Of a stretch of DNA of 64,000 nt, positions 39,530-52,338 are shown piece by piece. The translations under genes were made by a program, and so were the position numbers. Under the pieces are notes generated by a model. It was not told the DNA's origin. It did not search any database and saw only the letters and a program-made list of their open reading frames with translations. This DNA is from Octopus vulgaris (Eukaryota). The DNA is taken from positions 135,966,001-136,030,000 of the forward strand of contig OX597815.1 in NCBI GenBank assembly GCA_951406725.2, written 5' to 3'. The stretch's first letter is position 1. Every line of letters starts with the position of its first letter.

Positions 39530-42097
39530 AAGTTCAACTCCAACCCCCAAAAGTTCTACCAAGAACTTGGCAAAAATAAAATAGAAATCACTGCAGAACC
39601 AACGGCAGAAGAAGTGGAAGAATTCTGGAGAGAAATATGGTCGGCGAACGAGCAACCAAAAACGGAGTATTAAAACAACAAACTCAGCATCTGAGCAACT
39701 TTGGACCCCCATTACAACTGAAGAGGTCACCCAGGCACTGCAAAGACTAAGCAACTGGAAGGCACCTGGGCATGACAAGATCCCCAACTTCTGGTTAAAA
39801 TATCTAATAGGAATGCACAAAAAGCTAGCTGAAAACTTTAACAACATACTAGCAGAGCCAGAGACAATGCCTGAATGGCTCACGAAGGGGAAAACCATCT
39901 TAATTCCCAAATCAAATGAGACAGCAAAACTAGAAACTACAGACCAATAACCTGTCTCCCTACAATGTACAAGGCATTTATTGCAGTGATATCGCAATGG
40001 TTGAACAAGCACCTGGACGAAAACAATCTGTTCCCAGAAGAGCAGAAAGGATGCCGCAAAGGCTCATATGGCTGTAAAGATCAACTAATGATTAATAAAG
40101 CCATAACTGAAGACAGCCACAGAAAGAAGAAAGGCCTCAGTATGGCCTGGATCGACTACAAAAAGGCGTTTGATAGCATCCCCCACACATGGATCCTCGA
40201 AACACTAGCCATTAACAAAGTAGCACCAACAATTATAAAATTCATAGGGCACTCTATGAATAAATGGCAAACAGTGCTACAGCTCCAAACAAAAGAGGGA
40301 CTCATGAAAACCAAAGACATCCCCATTAGAAGAGGAATATTCCAGGGAGACACGCTCTCTCCACTCCTTTTCTGTTTGGCACTGTCACCTCTATCTGATA
40401 TGCTAAATAGAACTGGATGCGGATATAAATGTTACGACAAAACGATCAGCCAACTTTTATATATGGATGACCTAAAACTATACGCAAATGACAAACAGCT
40501 GGAAACACTATTAAAGACAGTTCATGGATTTACTAAAGAAATGGATATGAAATTTGGATTAGAAAAATGCGCCAAAGTAACCATGAAAAGAGGAAAACTA
40601 GTTAAGAGTAGCAACATCACACTAAATAAAACCAATGAAATAAAAGAATTAAACCAAAGCCAAACTTACAAATACTTAGGAATCCATGAACTAGATAAGA
40701 CACAACACACACAAATGAAAGAGAAAATAAAAAAAGAATATTATAGACGAGTTAGATCAATACTAAAAACAGAGCTCAATGCTAAAACAAGATAATAGGT
40801 ATTAACACTTTAGCTGTCCCAGTTATAAGTTACAGCTACAATATCCTTAACTGGACAATAAATGAACAGACCAAAATAGATAGGAAAACAAGAAAAATAA
40901 TGACAGGATATAGGATGCATCACCCAAAATCTGACATAGAAAGACTATATATACAACGTATAGAAGGTGGTAGAGGCCTTATACAGATGGAAAACTACTA
41001 TAAAATAACCACCATAAGACTCCAAAAATATCTACTTCAGAAGGAAGGAAAACTGATACAAATAGCGGCAAAACACGAGCAAAACAAAAAACTGTTCTCA
41101 GTATTTAAGGAAGCTGACAAATGCAAACAAGAAATCATACCACCTAATAAATATAAAGAAGAAGAAGAAGTTGAAGAAACAACAAAAGCTATAAAACAAA
41201 TGAAATCCAAACTAAAAATAGAACAGCAACGAACCATGATAAAACGATGGCAAGAAAAGCCCTTTCATGGTAAATACTGGACTAAACTAAACGCAAAAGA
41301 AATAGACAAAAAAAATCCCAGGAATGGTTGAGAAGCTCAGGACTCAAAGCAGAGACAGTGGGATTTTTAATTGCAGCACAAGACCAAAGCCACCCCACCA
41401 GAAATTACCAAAAACATGTAATGAAAAAAAATATAACAAGTAACTGCAGAATATGTGGAGATGGACAAGAAACAATAAATCATATTATCTCTAGCTGCCC
41501 AGTCCTGGCTAAGAAGGAATATATTCACAGACATGACATAGTTGGAACATACATACATTGGAAGCTATGCCAACATTATGGAATAACAACAGAAAAAAGA
41601 TGGTATAGGCACACACCAGAAAAGGTCACAGAAAACGAGAAAGCAACCATACTCTGGGATATGCCGATACACACAGATAGAGAAATTAAGTTCTACAGAC
41701 CAGATATAGTTGTCAGAGATCATGAAGAAAAAAATGCTTTCTAATTGATGTATCAATACCGGCAGATGACTACGTGTCTCTAAAAGAAATGGAGAAACTC
41801 TCAAAATACAAAGACCTGGAAATAGAGGTAACCAGAATGTGGAATCTAAAAACAGAAGCAATTCCTATCATAGTAGGCGCATTAGGCATGATAAAAAAAT
41901 ATTCAGACAAAAACACCAGGACTTACAAACACATATAACATACATAAAATTGCACTACTAGGCACTGCACACATCCTACGCAGAACACTTTCTATACAAT
42001 AACCATCAGAGCATCACAACAAATCACAGCACATACCTAAGGAACACAGAGCTGCGCTCGGTACTGAAGTGAAAGCACGCTATAAAAATAAAACTAT

Positions 42098-42100
<3 letters not shown>
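39530..42100 (+). mobile_element. R4/Dong LINE, 5'-truncated, family A; several frameshifts
   Basis: NWKAPGHDKIPNFWLK, GIFQGDTLSPLLF, YMDDLK, CRIC..H..C, RHD, RPDIVV; ends in (TAA)n. Confidence 0.95.
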
Positions 42101-42194
<94 letters not shown>

Positions 42195-42669
42195 TTACTG
42201 CTATTACTACTGCTACTACCGCCAACACTAACAAAAAAGAACAAAATAATAAAGCGATGGGCGGATGGCAGTAATGTTGAGCAGATGAACATGGACTCGA
42301 CTCAAATGTAAAAGTTTCTGGAGTAACAATAGAATTCAATGAAAGCAGGTATGTTTGGAACATTCCAAAGTATAACCAAACAACTATTCCTTTAGGTGCG
42401 ATGAAAGAAAAGAATACTTCACGTGTCCTCCAAATCATGACGTCTTAGTCACAAGCTGATTAGCCGAAATACAATTAGAACTAAGTTGGCGCGCACACCA
42501 AACCGTAACATCGAAGCCACATCCTGATCGGTCGAATTACAGTTCGTAAGATTCAGCCTGCTGGAGCCCCTCAGTATTAAAAGGATAAATCCAACTACTT
42601 CGCCACAGTTGTCAATTGTGGAACATTGACAACTGGCATGGCAACTCCAGTTACATATATATATAATAC

Positions 42670-42726
<57 letters not shown>

Positions 42727-43081
42727 CACCCATCCAACAACCACATTCCTACCACATCTCCTACAGATCTCCAAACCCTCACATCCCACACGAACCCAAT
42801 CACCACAACTACATACCCCCCTACATCCCCCCATACAATCTACCAGACACACACCCACAAACCCATCGCATTTCTCACAAATCCTTACACCATCGCATCC
42901 CATACCAACACAAATACGACAACTACCTACCCCCCTCCAACCTCCCCACCCAAAAACACTCCTACACATACAACCAGAACTTTAACAAAGAATACACCCC
43001 TTACCTCAACAACCATTTTTTAGACAGAGGGGAAAAATACAAACACCACCGCTAACACAGACCCAAAATAATAAAACAAAA

Positions 43082-45334
43082 ATTATAAACCTCTCCAGCA
43101 AAACACTGACACCAACCCAAATCAACATCCTAGCAAGAGGTTTGAAATTCACACCCACCCCAAGAACACCCAACCCCCGGAGGTCAAGGATGACGTTTCT
43201 GAATTCTGCAGAAAACTTCGCCTAACAGAAGCTTTGACAGATATCAACAATGGGGACGACTCATTGATCAGAAATAAAAGCAACTTCCTACCACCAAAAG
43301 GGAGAAATAAAACACTGGACGATTTCTGTAAACACATCCAGAGTCTCCCCTTTACCCCAAGCAAAACTAAGGTAAAATCCAATTTCAGTAAGGAAGAATG
43401 GGAAAACCTACGTGACATACAACTGGATAAAAACCTCACCATCAAAGAAGCGGACAAAGGGAGTGCTGTGGTCCTTATGGACACGGAATTTTATAAACAC
43501 CTAGTGTTCTCCATGCTTAACAATAACATTTTCTATGAGGTTATTAACAACTACAAACAGCAAAAAACAATCAGAAACCTCACCACACTCATACGCCAAC
43601 ACGGTCAGGGACTCACAGAAAAAGAAAGGGATTATATCACCATTTTCAAATGCAAGCCCAGCCTTTTTTATGGCCTTCCTAAAATCCATAAAAACAAATA
43701 CATCACCGAAGCCTGCAAACTCTCCACTGACATCCACATCAACATCAAAGTACCGGAGGACCTAAAACTAAGGCCCATCGTGGCTGGTACCTCCTGTGAA
43801 ACACACCGCCTGAGTAACTTCCTAGACATCCTTTTGAAACCTTTCCTTACCCACATCAAAAGTTTCATTAGGGATGATCTGGACATGCTCAAACACCTCC
43901 CGAAAACAGTTAACGAGGAGGCACTCCTGGTATCCTTTGATGTCATCAACCTCTACACCAACATTCCACATGAGTATGGCATAGAGGCAATTGACTTCTG
44001 GCTAGAAAAACACCCAGAGACATTCCCTGACCGCATTAACAAGTCTTTTATTACAGAATCTCTTAAGTTCATTCTGACAAACAATTTTTTTCTCTTCGAC
44101 GACACACACTACCGTCAAAAATGTGGCATTGCGATGGGTACCAAGGCTGCACCAGTCCTTACGAACCTCATAATGGGTTACTTCGAACTGTCACTCTATG
44201 AAATATCAAGCCAGAAATTTGGACATGTTTTCCACACCTACCTAATGGAAAACTGGAAAAGGTATTTAGATGATTGTTTCATCATATGGAAAGAACCTTA
44301 TGAAAAACTCCTGGAATTCAAAACCATACTAAACAACATACATCCCAACATCCAATTCACTATGGAATTAAGCAAACATCATCTCCCATTCCTTGATCTC
44401 CTAATTATAAAAACACCTAAGAACCAAATCATAACAGAGATCTACCACAAACCTACAGACTCACAACAATACCTCCTCTTTAGTTCATGCCACCCAAAAC
44501 ACACCAAGACAAATATCCCTTTCAATTTAGCTAAAAGGGTATGCACCATTGTCTCGGATCCAAAAACACGAGAAATACGCCTTCAAGACCTCAAAAAAAA
44601 TACTATTACAACGTCAATATCCCTCCACCCTTATAGAGTATGGAATAAAACGCGCCAAAGAACTAGACAACACTACACTGAAAACCACCCAACCTAACAC
44701 CACACACAACCTCAAAATACTTCCATACATTTCCACCCACAACCCCAAAAATATCGAAGCATACACCACAATCATACAAAACCTCAGTCTACTGTCAACA
44801 GACCCAAAAATGAAAAACATTATAAATACACACAAAATCCTCAAATGCAAAAGGCAACACAAATCTTTAAAAAAACTCTTGACAAATGCCAAACTTCACA
44901 CACCACATCCACCCCCAACAGTAAAAAAATGTGCACGCTCAAACTGTGGTACCTGCCCCTTTCTACTTGAAGGCTCTGAATTTACCTTCAAACAAGGTAC
45001 GAAGTTTAAAATCAAGACTAACTTCTCCTGTTCCTCCGAGAACCTTATCTACGTTCTCACATGCGCTGGTTGCCAACATAATTATGTTGGACAAACGAGT
45101 CTCCCGTTACGTAAACGAGTAACGGTGCATAAAGAACAAATAAATCTCCCGGAATACCGACAAATTCCACTGAGTGACCACTTAGACTCGTGTGCTAAAG
45201 ACTTAAACCCCAAATTCTATATATTCCCCTTCTACCAATGTAAAGACGGGATCACCACACAGGAGAGAATTAACAAGGAGAATATCTTTATTGAAAAATT
45301 CCAAACACAACTTAATATGCAAACTCCTCGTTGA
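43082..45334 (+). pseudogene. PLE polyprotein (RT plus GIY-YIG), two homopolymer frameshifts
   Basis: IINLS..L..GLKFTP, IKEADKG, FYGLPKIHK, RPIV, FDVINLYTNIP, GIAMGT, RYLDD, LPFLDL, YHKPTD, KCARSNCGTC, LIYVLTC..C..NYVGQT; shifts near 43175 (C-run) and 44593-44600 (A-run). Confidence 0.92.
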
Positions 45335-45967
45335 TCAAACTTCCTTTCTCTACCTCACTCTTCATGGATGGACTAACACAAATATATAAAGATACCATGC
45401 ATTCATCACTTCAAGCTAAAACTTATATTCTTTAAATATCATTTTTACTATTGGTGTTATTACTATCATTTTTATTATAAATGATATGACAATTTGAAAT
45501 GCAATTGTCTATGCAGATTTATATTATTAGAAAATAATATAAATAAAGTGTTAAAATCTGAAAGTTAAGTTAACAAGCAATTATATAAAAAAGATAATGC
45601 AAATGAAGCTAAAATGATAGTTTTATAATTTGGGTTTTATTGAAGAACTCAAAAGAGTTGTCTCCCCTTACTCACAACACAGGAACTGAAGAACCAGGAC
45701 CACAATTACTACTACTTCCTGTCCTGCAAACATGCTGAATTTAACAACACAACACAACACATGCTCTTAATCCCTTTGGATCTTAACACCTCAAGGTAAT
45801 TTTTTCGTAAACAACCATAAAACTCAAGATACACAACGAACTCACAACGTATCGGAGAACTTATTTTTTAATTTTTGTACATTTTTATCATTATTCTTTT
45901 ACAAAAAACAATGCAATTTTCTTTTTTTCCCCTTTCTAATTTTTAAAAAAACTTCTTAAAACATAAA

Positions 45968-46008
45968 TATTCTTGACAAGTCATACAATGACGAAAACCG
46001 GTTGAATA
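45968..46008 (+). ncRNA. Minimal type-I hammerhead (U3-A8) in the 3' pLTR of the Neptune copy
   Basis: tattc-TTGACAA-gtca tacaa tgac-GAAA-accgg-TT-gaata; one extra A in stem III. Confidence 0.6.
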
Positions 46009-46145
46009 AATATATATTTATATATTTTATCAATTTCTCATTTTATTAAAATTTTCTTTCATTTGAGCATTCTGCATTTTTAAAAAAATTTTTCCTTACT
46101 TATCATTTCTCCACGTGCGGTCAACACAACCCCACCATTTATTGA

Positions 46146-46223
<78 letters not shown>

Positions 46224-46257
46224 TGTATGTATGTATGTATGTATGTATGTATGTATG

Positions 46258-46303
<46 letters not shown>

Positions 46304-46430
46304 AGAGTAAACAAGAGAGACAGAGACAGGCAGAAACAAGGAAGATGTCACTTGTATTTGAGCATTATACAAATATTCTTTAAAAAAAAAATTTCTTTTA
46401 ATTTTTCTAAATTTAATTATTTAATTGTTA

Positions 46431-46466
46431 CAGTTGAAAAAGTCACAATGACTGAAACCGGTACTG
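46431..46466 (+). ncRNA. Minimal type-I hammerhead (U3-A8) in a solo pLTR-like element (46300-46515)
   Basis: cag-TTGAAAA-agtca caa tgact-GAAA-ccgg-TA-ctg; predicted cleavage after A46463. Confidence 0.75.
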
Positions 46467-46513
46467 AAATGTTTTTATAAAAACAATTTAGCATTTACTA
46501 TCTTGACATTTTT

Positions 46514-46556
<43 letters not shown>

Positions 46557-46649
46557 ATCCAAACAAGAAAACACAGAAAAAAACACAGCAACGCGAGGAC
46601 GTGGAACAATTAAAGTATTATTTGACGCTCAAGAAAGATGGGAAGGAGG

Positions 46650-46684
46650 GTTTAACGTTTCGAGCGGAGCTCTTCGTCGGAAAC
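46650..46684 (-). ncRNA. Minimal hammerhead-like motif (U4C variant) in a solo pLTR-like element
   Basis: Minus strand: gttt-CCGACGA-a-gagc tcc gctc-GAAA-cg-TT-aaac. Confidence 0.55.
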
Positions 46685-47221
46685 AAAGGAGAAGGAAAGA
46701 TCCCGAGAAGGGAAGACACAGGAAAAACATTTTTTTGCTGGTGGTGCTCAATAGATCACATGTTGAAATATATATGAGGCTAATTCTAAAATTTTATTAA
46801 ACCGAAAAGCAATTTCGTTAAACCGAAGAATACAAATAAGACTGCAGATGGAAGTGCCTAGGCAACACCGAGGCAAAATGGGAAATAAATTGAAAGGTGT
46901 AATGAATAAACGCTCCTATTGGTCACAACAACGTATAACATTCCCATATTATCATAAATCGAATATAAATATATACTGAAACATCAGGGCATCCAAGGGT
47001 AAAACCCAATAGCATAAAATGTACACATATATACGAATAAAAGGTGATAAAACTTAAAAAGGTAATACGAGTGAAGTCGAATAAAGAAAATTATATGGAT
47101 TAAATTAATACATAATAAAAGGGATAAACATTTAAAACAATGATACTAAAATATTAATATAAATTATAGATATAAAAATAAAGGGCTAAGTGGTAACCAG
47201 AAGAAAGTCCATTCAAATCCA

Positions 47222-47312
47222 TCTCTACAATCGTTTCAAAAGATACTGCCTCACTTTGTCAATGTAAAATTCATTAAGAAAATTCAAAGGCAAGGACCTC
47301 TTCATCAGGAGA
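47222..47312 (-). ncRNA. Type-I hammerhead with long stem II
   Basis: Minus strand: tctc-CTGATGA-agagg..ttgcc...ggcag..tctttt-GAAA-cgattg-TA-gaga. Confidence 0.7.
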
Positions 47313-47479
47313 AAAGTTACAAAAGGTCTCACATTTCTGGTTGTGAAACTATGATTTCTCTTAATGCCAACAAGAGGCTAAACATAGAGTGGATAATATA
47401 AAGACAGACAAACAAAAGTGGGGACAAAAAAAGGTAAACGAATGGACAAGATGAAAAAGAACAATGAAATGGAATGAAA

Positions 47480-48590
47480 GCCACTCGACTCTACATTTGA
47501 ACGACTTCATTAAGGCCCTTTTAAACAATTCATATATAAATCTTTAAAGTCCACCTTTGGTGGAAACTTACTTAATTGGATTATCTCTGTTTCCATTCTT
47601 AGATCCAAAATTTCAGTTCCGTATTTTTTGATTAGGCAGTTCTGCTTATCACTCACCAGGACGCACCCGGGGTTCACAGGTGAGTTTATTTTCTGTTTTA
47701 GTTGTTCTCAGATTTTTGCTCGTTTTATTGTACGCTGTCGCATAATCCAATTTTTAGGGAGGCTTAGGGGATTTAGGGTACCTGGATGTGTGTGCAATTG
47801 TCTGTGTCACGAGGGGGCAGGGTGAGGGTTGGTGACTACAGTGGGAGGGTGGGAAAGCATGGGGTCCGATATGAGTCGGGTGGGACTAGGGTGGTGGTTC
47901 ACATTTTTTTCCTCAGTTCTTTTTAATTTTTTCCTCTTTTGGGCTTGTGTACTCTATTCTTCTTGCATTTGTTCTCCCTTCTCTGGTACTTCCCCGCGCG
48001 CACATCACGTCGCTTGTGGTGGAGGTACGGTTTTCTCATTTGGAGCCCTTGCGTTGGGTGGAGGGAATTCTGCTTTAATGTGTCCTTATTCGCAACATTT
48101 AAAGCAACGGGGCGTCCTGCCCTCCACAATGACTCTCAACATTACGTCTTCACCGACTGTGATGATTTCTACCATCCTTTCTAAATCTTTGAGGCGGCCT
48201 GGGTTGCCATTATCAGGCCCTGCCCTTGCCAATTATTTGTAGACACTCTCTCGGTCAGGAGGACCACAAATTTGTCCTCCAATCCCAAAAGGATGGCAGC
48301 TACCAGCCAGGCGACATCTACCTCAAGAGAGATCTCTTCTACCCTTACCCTAGAAGCAGGTCTTCCCAGGTAGAAGGATCACCCCTTCCGTCTTGAGGGG
48401 AATTACGAGATGCTACCTAGCCACAAACTCTGACGCAAACCACACCTCCATTATTGCAAATTTCCTTCCTCTAGTGAGGCATTTTATTTCATTCCATATG
48501 GGCCTCAAAGCCCTTCCAACTTCTGATTTAGGCGCGACCTCTATTCGTTGGTGTTTTACACTGTAAGTTCTGTACAGTATAGTTATTCTT
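47480..48590 (-). mobile_element. Decayed gag/ORF1-like sequence with CCHC knuckle, nested in the PLE
   Basis: Minus strand RVIVEGRTPRCFKCCE*GHIKAEFP at ~48060-48140; boundaries approximate. Confidence 0.55.
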
Positions 48591-49476
48591 GCGACCTCTT
48601 CGTAGTCGCGCTAGGAGGGGACACATTTACGTCGTTCCCATTCCTTTTCAGCATTTCTTCTATATAAAATATTTTCCTACTAAACCCACTTAAGGCCAGG
48701 GCATTATTGCATTTCGTTGTATGCTTATTAAAAATTTGCTCATTTGCCGATACATTCAACACCCTAATTGATATAGCAGTGACAATATCTATATTAAGTT
48801 TACGATAAGGGTAAAATAGAACTGTGTTCAAATCAAGGGTTACATCTAAGAAGTTTACTACCCTAGAATTAGGATCGAATACAATGCTAAGCCCAAACTG
48901 GTTTTTCATAAGTCGCATCAAAAATTTTCTCATCATCTCAAGCGCTGTTTTAGAAATGTCACGCGCGGTAAATAGCGCATCATCCCTGTAGAGACCACCG
49001 TCTAAAAGGAGAAAATTAGCTGTAATTTCGGAAAGGAGATATAGGCCCAGCAGGTCAGTCACCGGTACAGAATCCGAAGACCCCATCATAATATCAAAAT
49101 AGCTGGGAGTGTTACTTCTAATCCAGTATTGCTCATTGAAAGAAATGAGAGTCTTCCTTGCTGCAAGTACAATATCAATATCTGAACCAGGGATTTCGAC
49201 AAAATGAGATCCTTATTCAGCAGAATTTAGTATATATGGATATATTTAATACCACTGGGTTTTACCATTGGATGTTTTAATATATTTTTCAATATGTATT
49301 TATATTCGAATTATGATATGGGGAAGCGACAAAGTTGTTTTGAACTATTGGAGCGTTTCTTTATTATACATTTATGTGTATATATAATATATATATATGT
49401 AATAGTAATATTTACATATATATATACATATTATGTACATATACATATATGTATATATATATATAATATATATATG

Positions 49477-49552
<76 letters not shown>

Positions 49553-49559
49553 GTATATG

Positions 49560-50580
49560 TAGCAGGGGAATATTTTGAAGGATGGTTAATAGGGTTGTGT
49601 GTGGAGATGTATGGTAGGGTTTTTGGTTGTGAATCCTTCTTAAATTTGGGATTCTGAGTTCGTGGATGTTGAGTTGTAGGTCATGTTGAGAGCATATGTC
49701 AATTAGTGAAGGTGGGTAGTAACTGGTGATGAGTGTATCCTTTAGTTCATGTAGTCGTGTGTCCCTGGTCCTTGCATTAGAAACTATAATACTTTTGGGG
49801 TTGGTTGAAAGGGATATTCATTCTGATGTGTTTGGAGTGGCATGAGTTGAATGCTAGATATTGATTGGAGTGCGTAGGCTTATAGTATATATCTGCTTCT
49901 ATTACGTTGTTAGATTTCTTAATGAGAATGTCGAGGAAAGAAAGTTGTTGATGGTTATATTCCATCGTGAATTGAATGTTTACGTCAAGTCCATTTATAA
50001 GTGCTTGGAATTCTTTAAGTCTCTCTATACTTTCTTGCCAAAGATTGAAACAGAAGAGGTATCTCTTCCAGCCAATTTCTATGTAGAGGGAGAATGGGTG
50101 CCGTATTTTTCTAGAACCTTACGATAAAGACTACTTTCTAGATATTCTATGACTAGGTTAGCAAAGGAGGGGGCTATTCTCGTACCCATCGCAGTCCCCG
50201 ATATTTATCGATAGAAGTTGTCTTTGAAGACGAAGTAGTTGTTCTCCAAGATAAATTTTATCGCTTCTATCACGAAATCTTTTTTGATGCTATGTGGGAG
50301 TTCGTTGGTGTAATTCTCTAGACAGAATTGAATTGCCTCTATTCCTAGGTTGTGGGAGATATTGGAATAGAGGTTGACTACATCGAAGAATACTAGTAGG
50401 GTGTTTTTGTGTATAATTTCAGGAAGGTGATTGAGCATATTCAGGTCGTCCCTTATGTAGCTTTTTACATGCTTGAGGAATGGTTTTAAGAGGTTATCTA
50501 AAATGTTACTAAGGCTGTGGGTTTTGCAGGGGCTTCATTTATGGTAGTGATTTTGTCTATTTTCGTCGGCATTTTCTGTA
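49560..50580 (-). mobile_element. Penelope-like RT fragment related to the Neptune copy
   Basis: FDVVNLYSNI, GTAMGT, LSFLDILI, YYKPTHS..HSKH. Confidence 0.88.
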
Positions 50581-50631
50581 TCTCGTGTGGGGTAATCATA
50601 TGTAGAAAGTTGAAAATGAACACACGAGTTG

Positions 50632-50662
<31 letters not shown>

Positions 50663-50708
50663 AAACATTCAAGGTAGAAAATGTTAAAATAATTTTATAA
50701 AAAACATT

Positions 50709-50744
50709 AAGTACCGGTTTCGGTCATTGAGACTTTTTCAATTG
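50709..50744 (-). ncRNA. Degenerate U3-A8 hammerhead in a solo pLTR-like element (same family as 46300-46515)
   Basis: Minus strand: caa-TTGAAAA-agtc tcaat gacc-GAAA-ccgg-TA-ctt; flanks are homologous to 46360-46515. Confidence 0.5.
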
Positions 50745-50879
50745 TAATTATGGAAAACAATAAAATTTTTGAAAAATGAAATGAAATTTTAAAAAAAATG
50801 TATGTATATATATATATGTAGTATCAGCTCAGACCTGCGGCCATGCTGGGGCACTGCCGTTTTGTTATGCTGTTATTAT

Positions 50880-51100
50880 TGAAAGCCTCCTCTGTGTAGC
50901 ATTTGGTGAATAAGGGAGTTTGATGTCGCTAGGTAGGTTCATCTGGGACTCTCGACAGAAAGAGGTCTAGTTTTGATTTGAAAGCACGTACATCGACTTT
51001 GTGTAGGTCCCTCAGGTTCTTTGGAACAATACTAAAACGCTTTGGGGAGAAATACATACATACATACATACATACATACATACATACATACATACATACA

Positions 51101-51131
<31 letters not shown>

Positions 51132-52205
51132 GTGCACACATATTTGCCTTCCGAGGTACAGTCAGCCAATCGGACTAGTTATGCTGATGACCCAAAGTTA
51201 TCGCAGGTAGTTAGGAACCCAGAGCACTGCAGAAAGACATGAATGAAATCTACAAATAGGCTAACAAAAATATAATGCTGTTCAAGGCTATGGACTTTCA
51301 GGCACTCCACTATCAGCACAACTCCAGGCTAAAATCCGAATACACTAAACCAGAAAGTAAAATAGTCCTACAGTCAGAGTCGGTGCATGGTCTGGGGGTT
51401 CATATGTGCAATGATGCAACATTCCAATGCATATTACCAAGATGGCTGCACTGTGCAAGCGAGTGGCTGGTTGGATTCTAAGGAGATTCAGAACCAGGAA
51501 AAGGGAGTCCTGCTGCCCCGATGGAATACATTCATTCTCAGTCGCTTGGACTTCTTCTCACAATCATGGCCTCCAGAGAGTGTGAAACAAACTGTGGAAC
51601 TCGAAGCAATCCAGCACCAATACAGGAAGAAGATCGTTTCGATGCAAAAGATGTGCTACTGGAAGAGGCTAAAGGAGCTGAGTCTCTATTCCCCCGGAGA
51701 GAAGACGAGAGAGATAAGCGCTGATATTTATTTGGAAGATGTTGGGAGAGGGGGTGGACCTCTTTCTGTCGAGAGTCCCAGACAAACCTACCTCTTGGCA
51801 AGAGGTGCAAATGAAGGTAGATACATCAAACTCCATTATTCCATTTTGCAGAGGTCCCTCAGGCTCTTTGGGAGAATATTAAAAGCTCTAGGCACCTGAA
51901 AACCAGGCTGTTGCAATAACTGGTCCTGTAGCGCGATGGCATTGGTGGGATATTTGGCATTGCTGGGATATTATCACTCCCGCCTTCTCTCCAGGGAGTA
52001 GAGTCTTTCCAGTAGATGAGCTGTTTTAAAGAGACGATCTTCTTTATGAAGCTTCGCTGGATTGCTTCAAGGTCCTCTGTTAATTTTACACTGTTGGATG
52101 ATCATAGCTGGAAGCAGCAGTAATCCGAGCGTTTGTGGACGAATGTCCTCCAGAGGACCTTCATGGTTTCCTTCCTTCTGGTTCTGAACGTTCTCAGGAT
52201 CTAGC
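50880..52205. mobile_element. Mosaic of CR1-clade LINE fragments in both orientations
   Basis: + strand SYADD..., SRLDF.SQ.W, YWKRLKELSLYS (51170-51740); minus strand FKSKLDLFLSRVPDEP (50930-51045) and 51950-52205. Confidence 0.75.
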
Positions 52206-52263
52206 CAGCCAGTATATATATATATATATATATATAAACTTATATACATTTATTTGTGTATAT

Positions 52264-52338
<75 letters not shown>

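Larger units (their letters stand above)
42722..46147 (+). mobile_element. Penelope-like element, Neptune-type, near-intact, between (TA)n tracts
   Basis: RT, Cys-rich linker and GIY-YIG, followed by an AT-rich 3' region carrying an HHR-like motif. Confidence 0.9.
46900..49375 (-). mobile_element. Penelope-like element (Naiad-like RT) with 3' pLTR and inverted partial pLTR
   Basis: RT fragment FDIMMGSSD..VTDLLGLYLL..GLYRDD..VNFLDVTLDL..PYRK (48583-49200); 46900-47040 and 49225-49375 are diverged inverted repeats. Confidence 0.75.

Noticed and set aside
47320-48590. Selenocysteine codons or SECIS element, as described for some Naiad elements
   Set aside because: No GIY-YIG region is visible in this copy and no SECIS could be recognised by eye.
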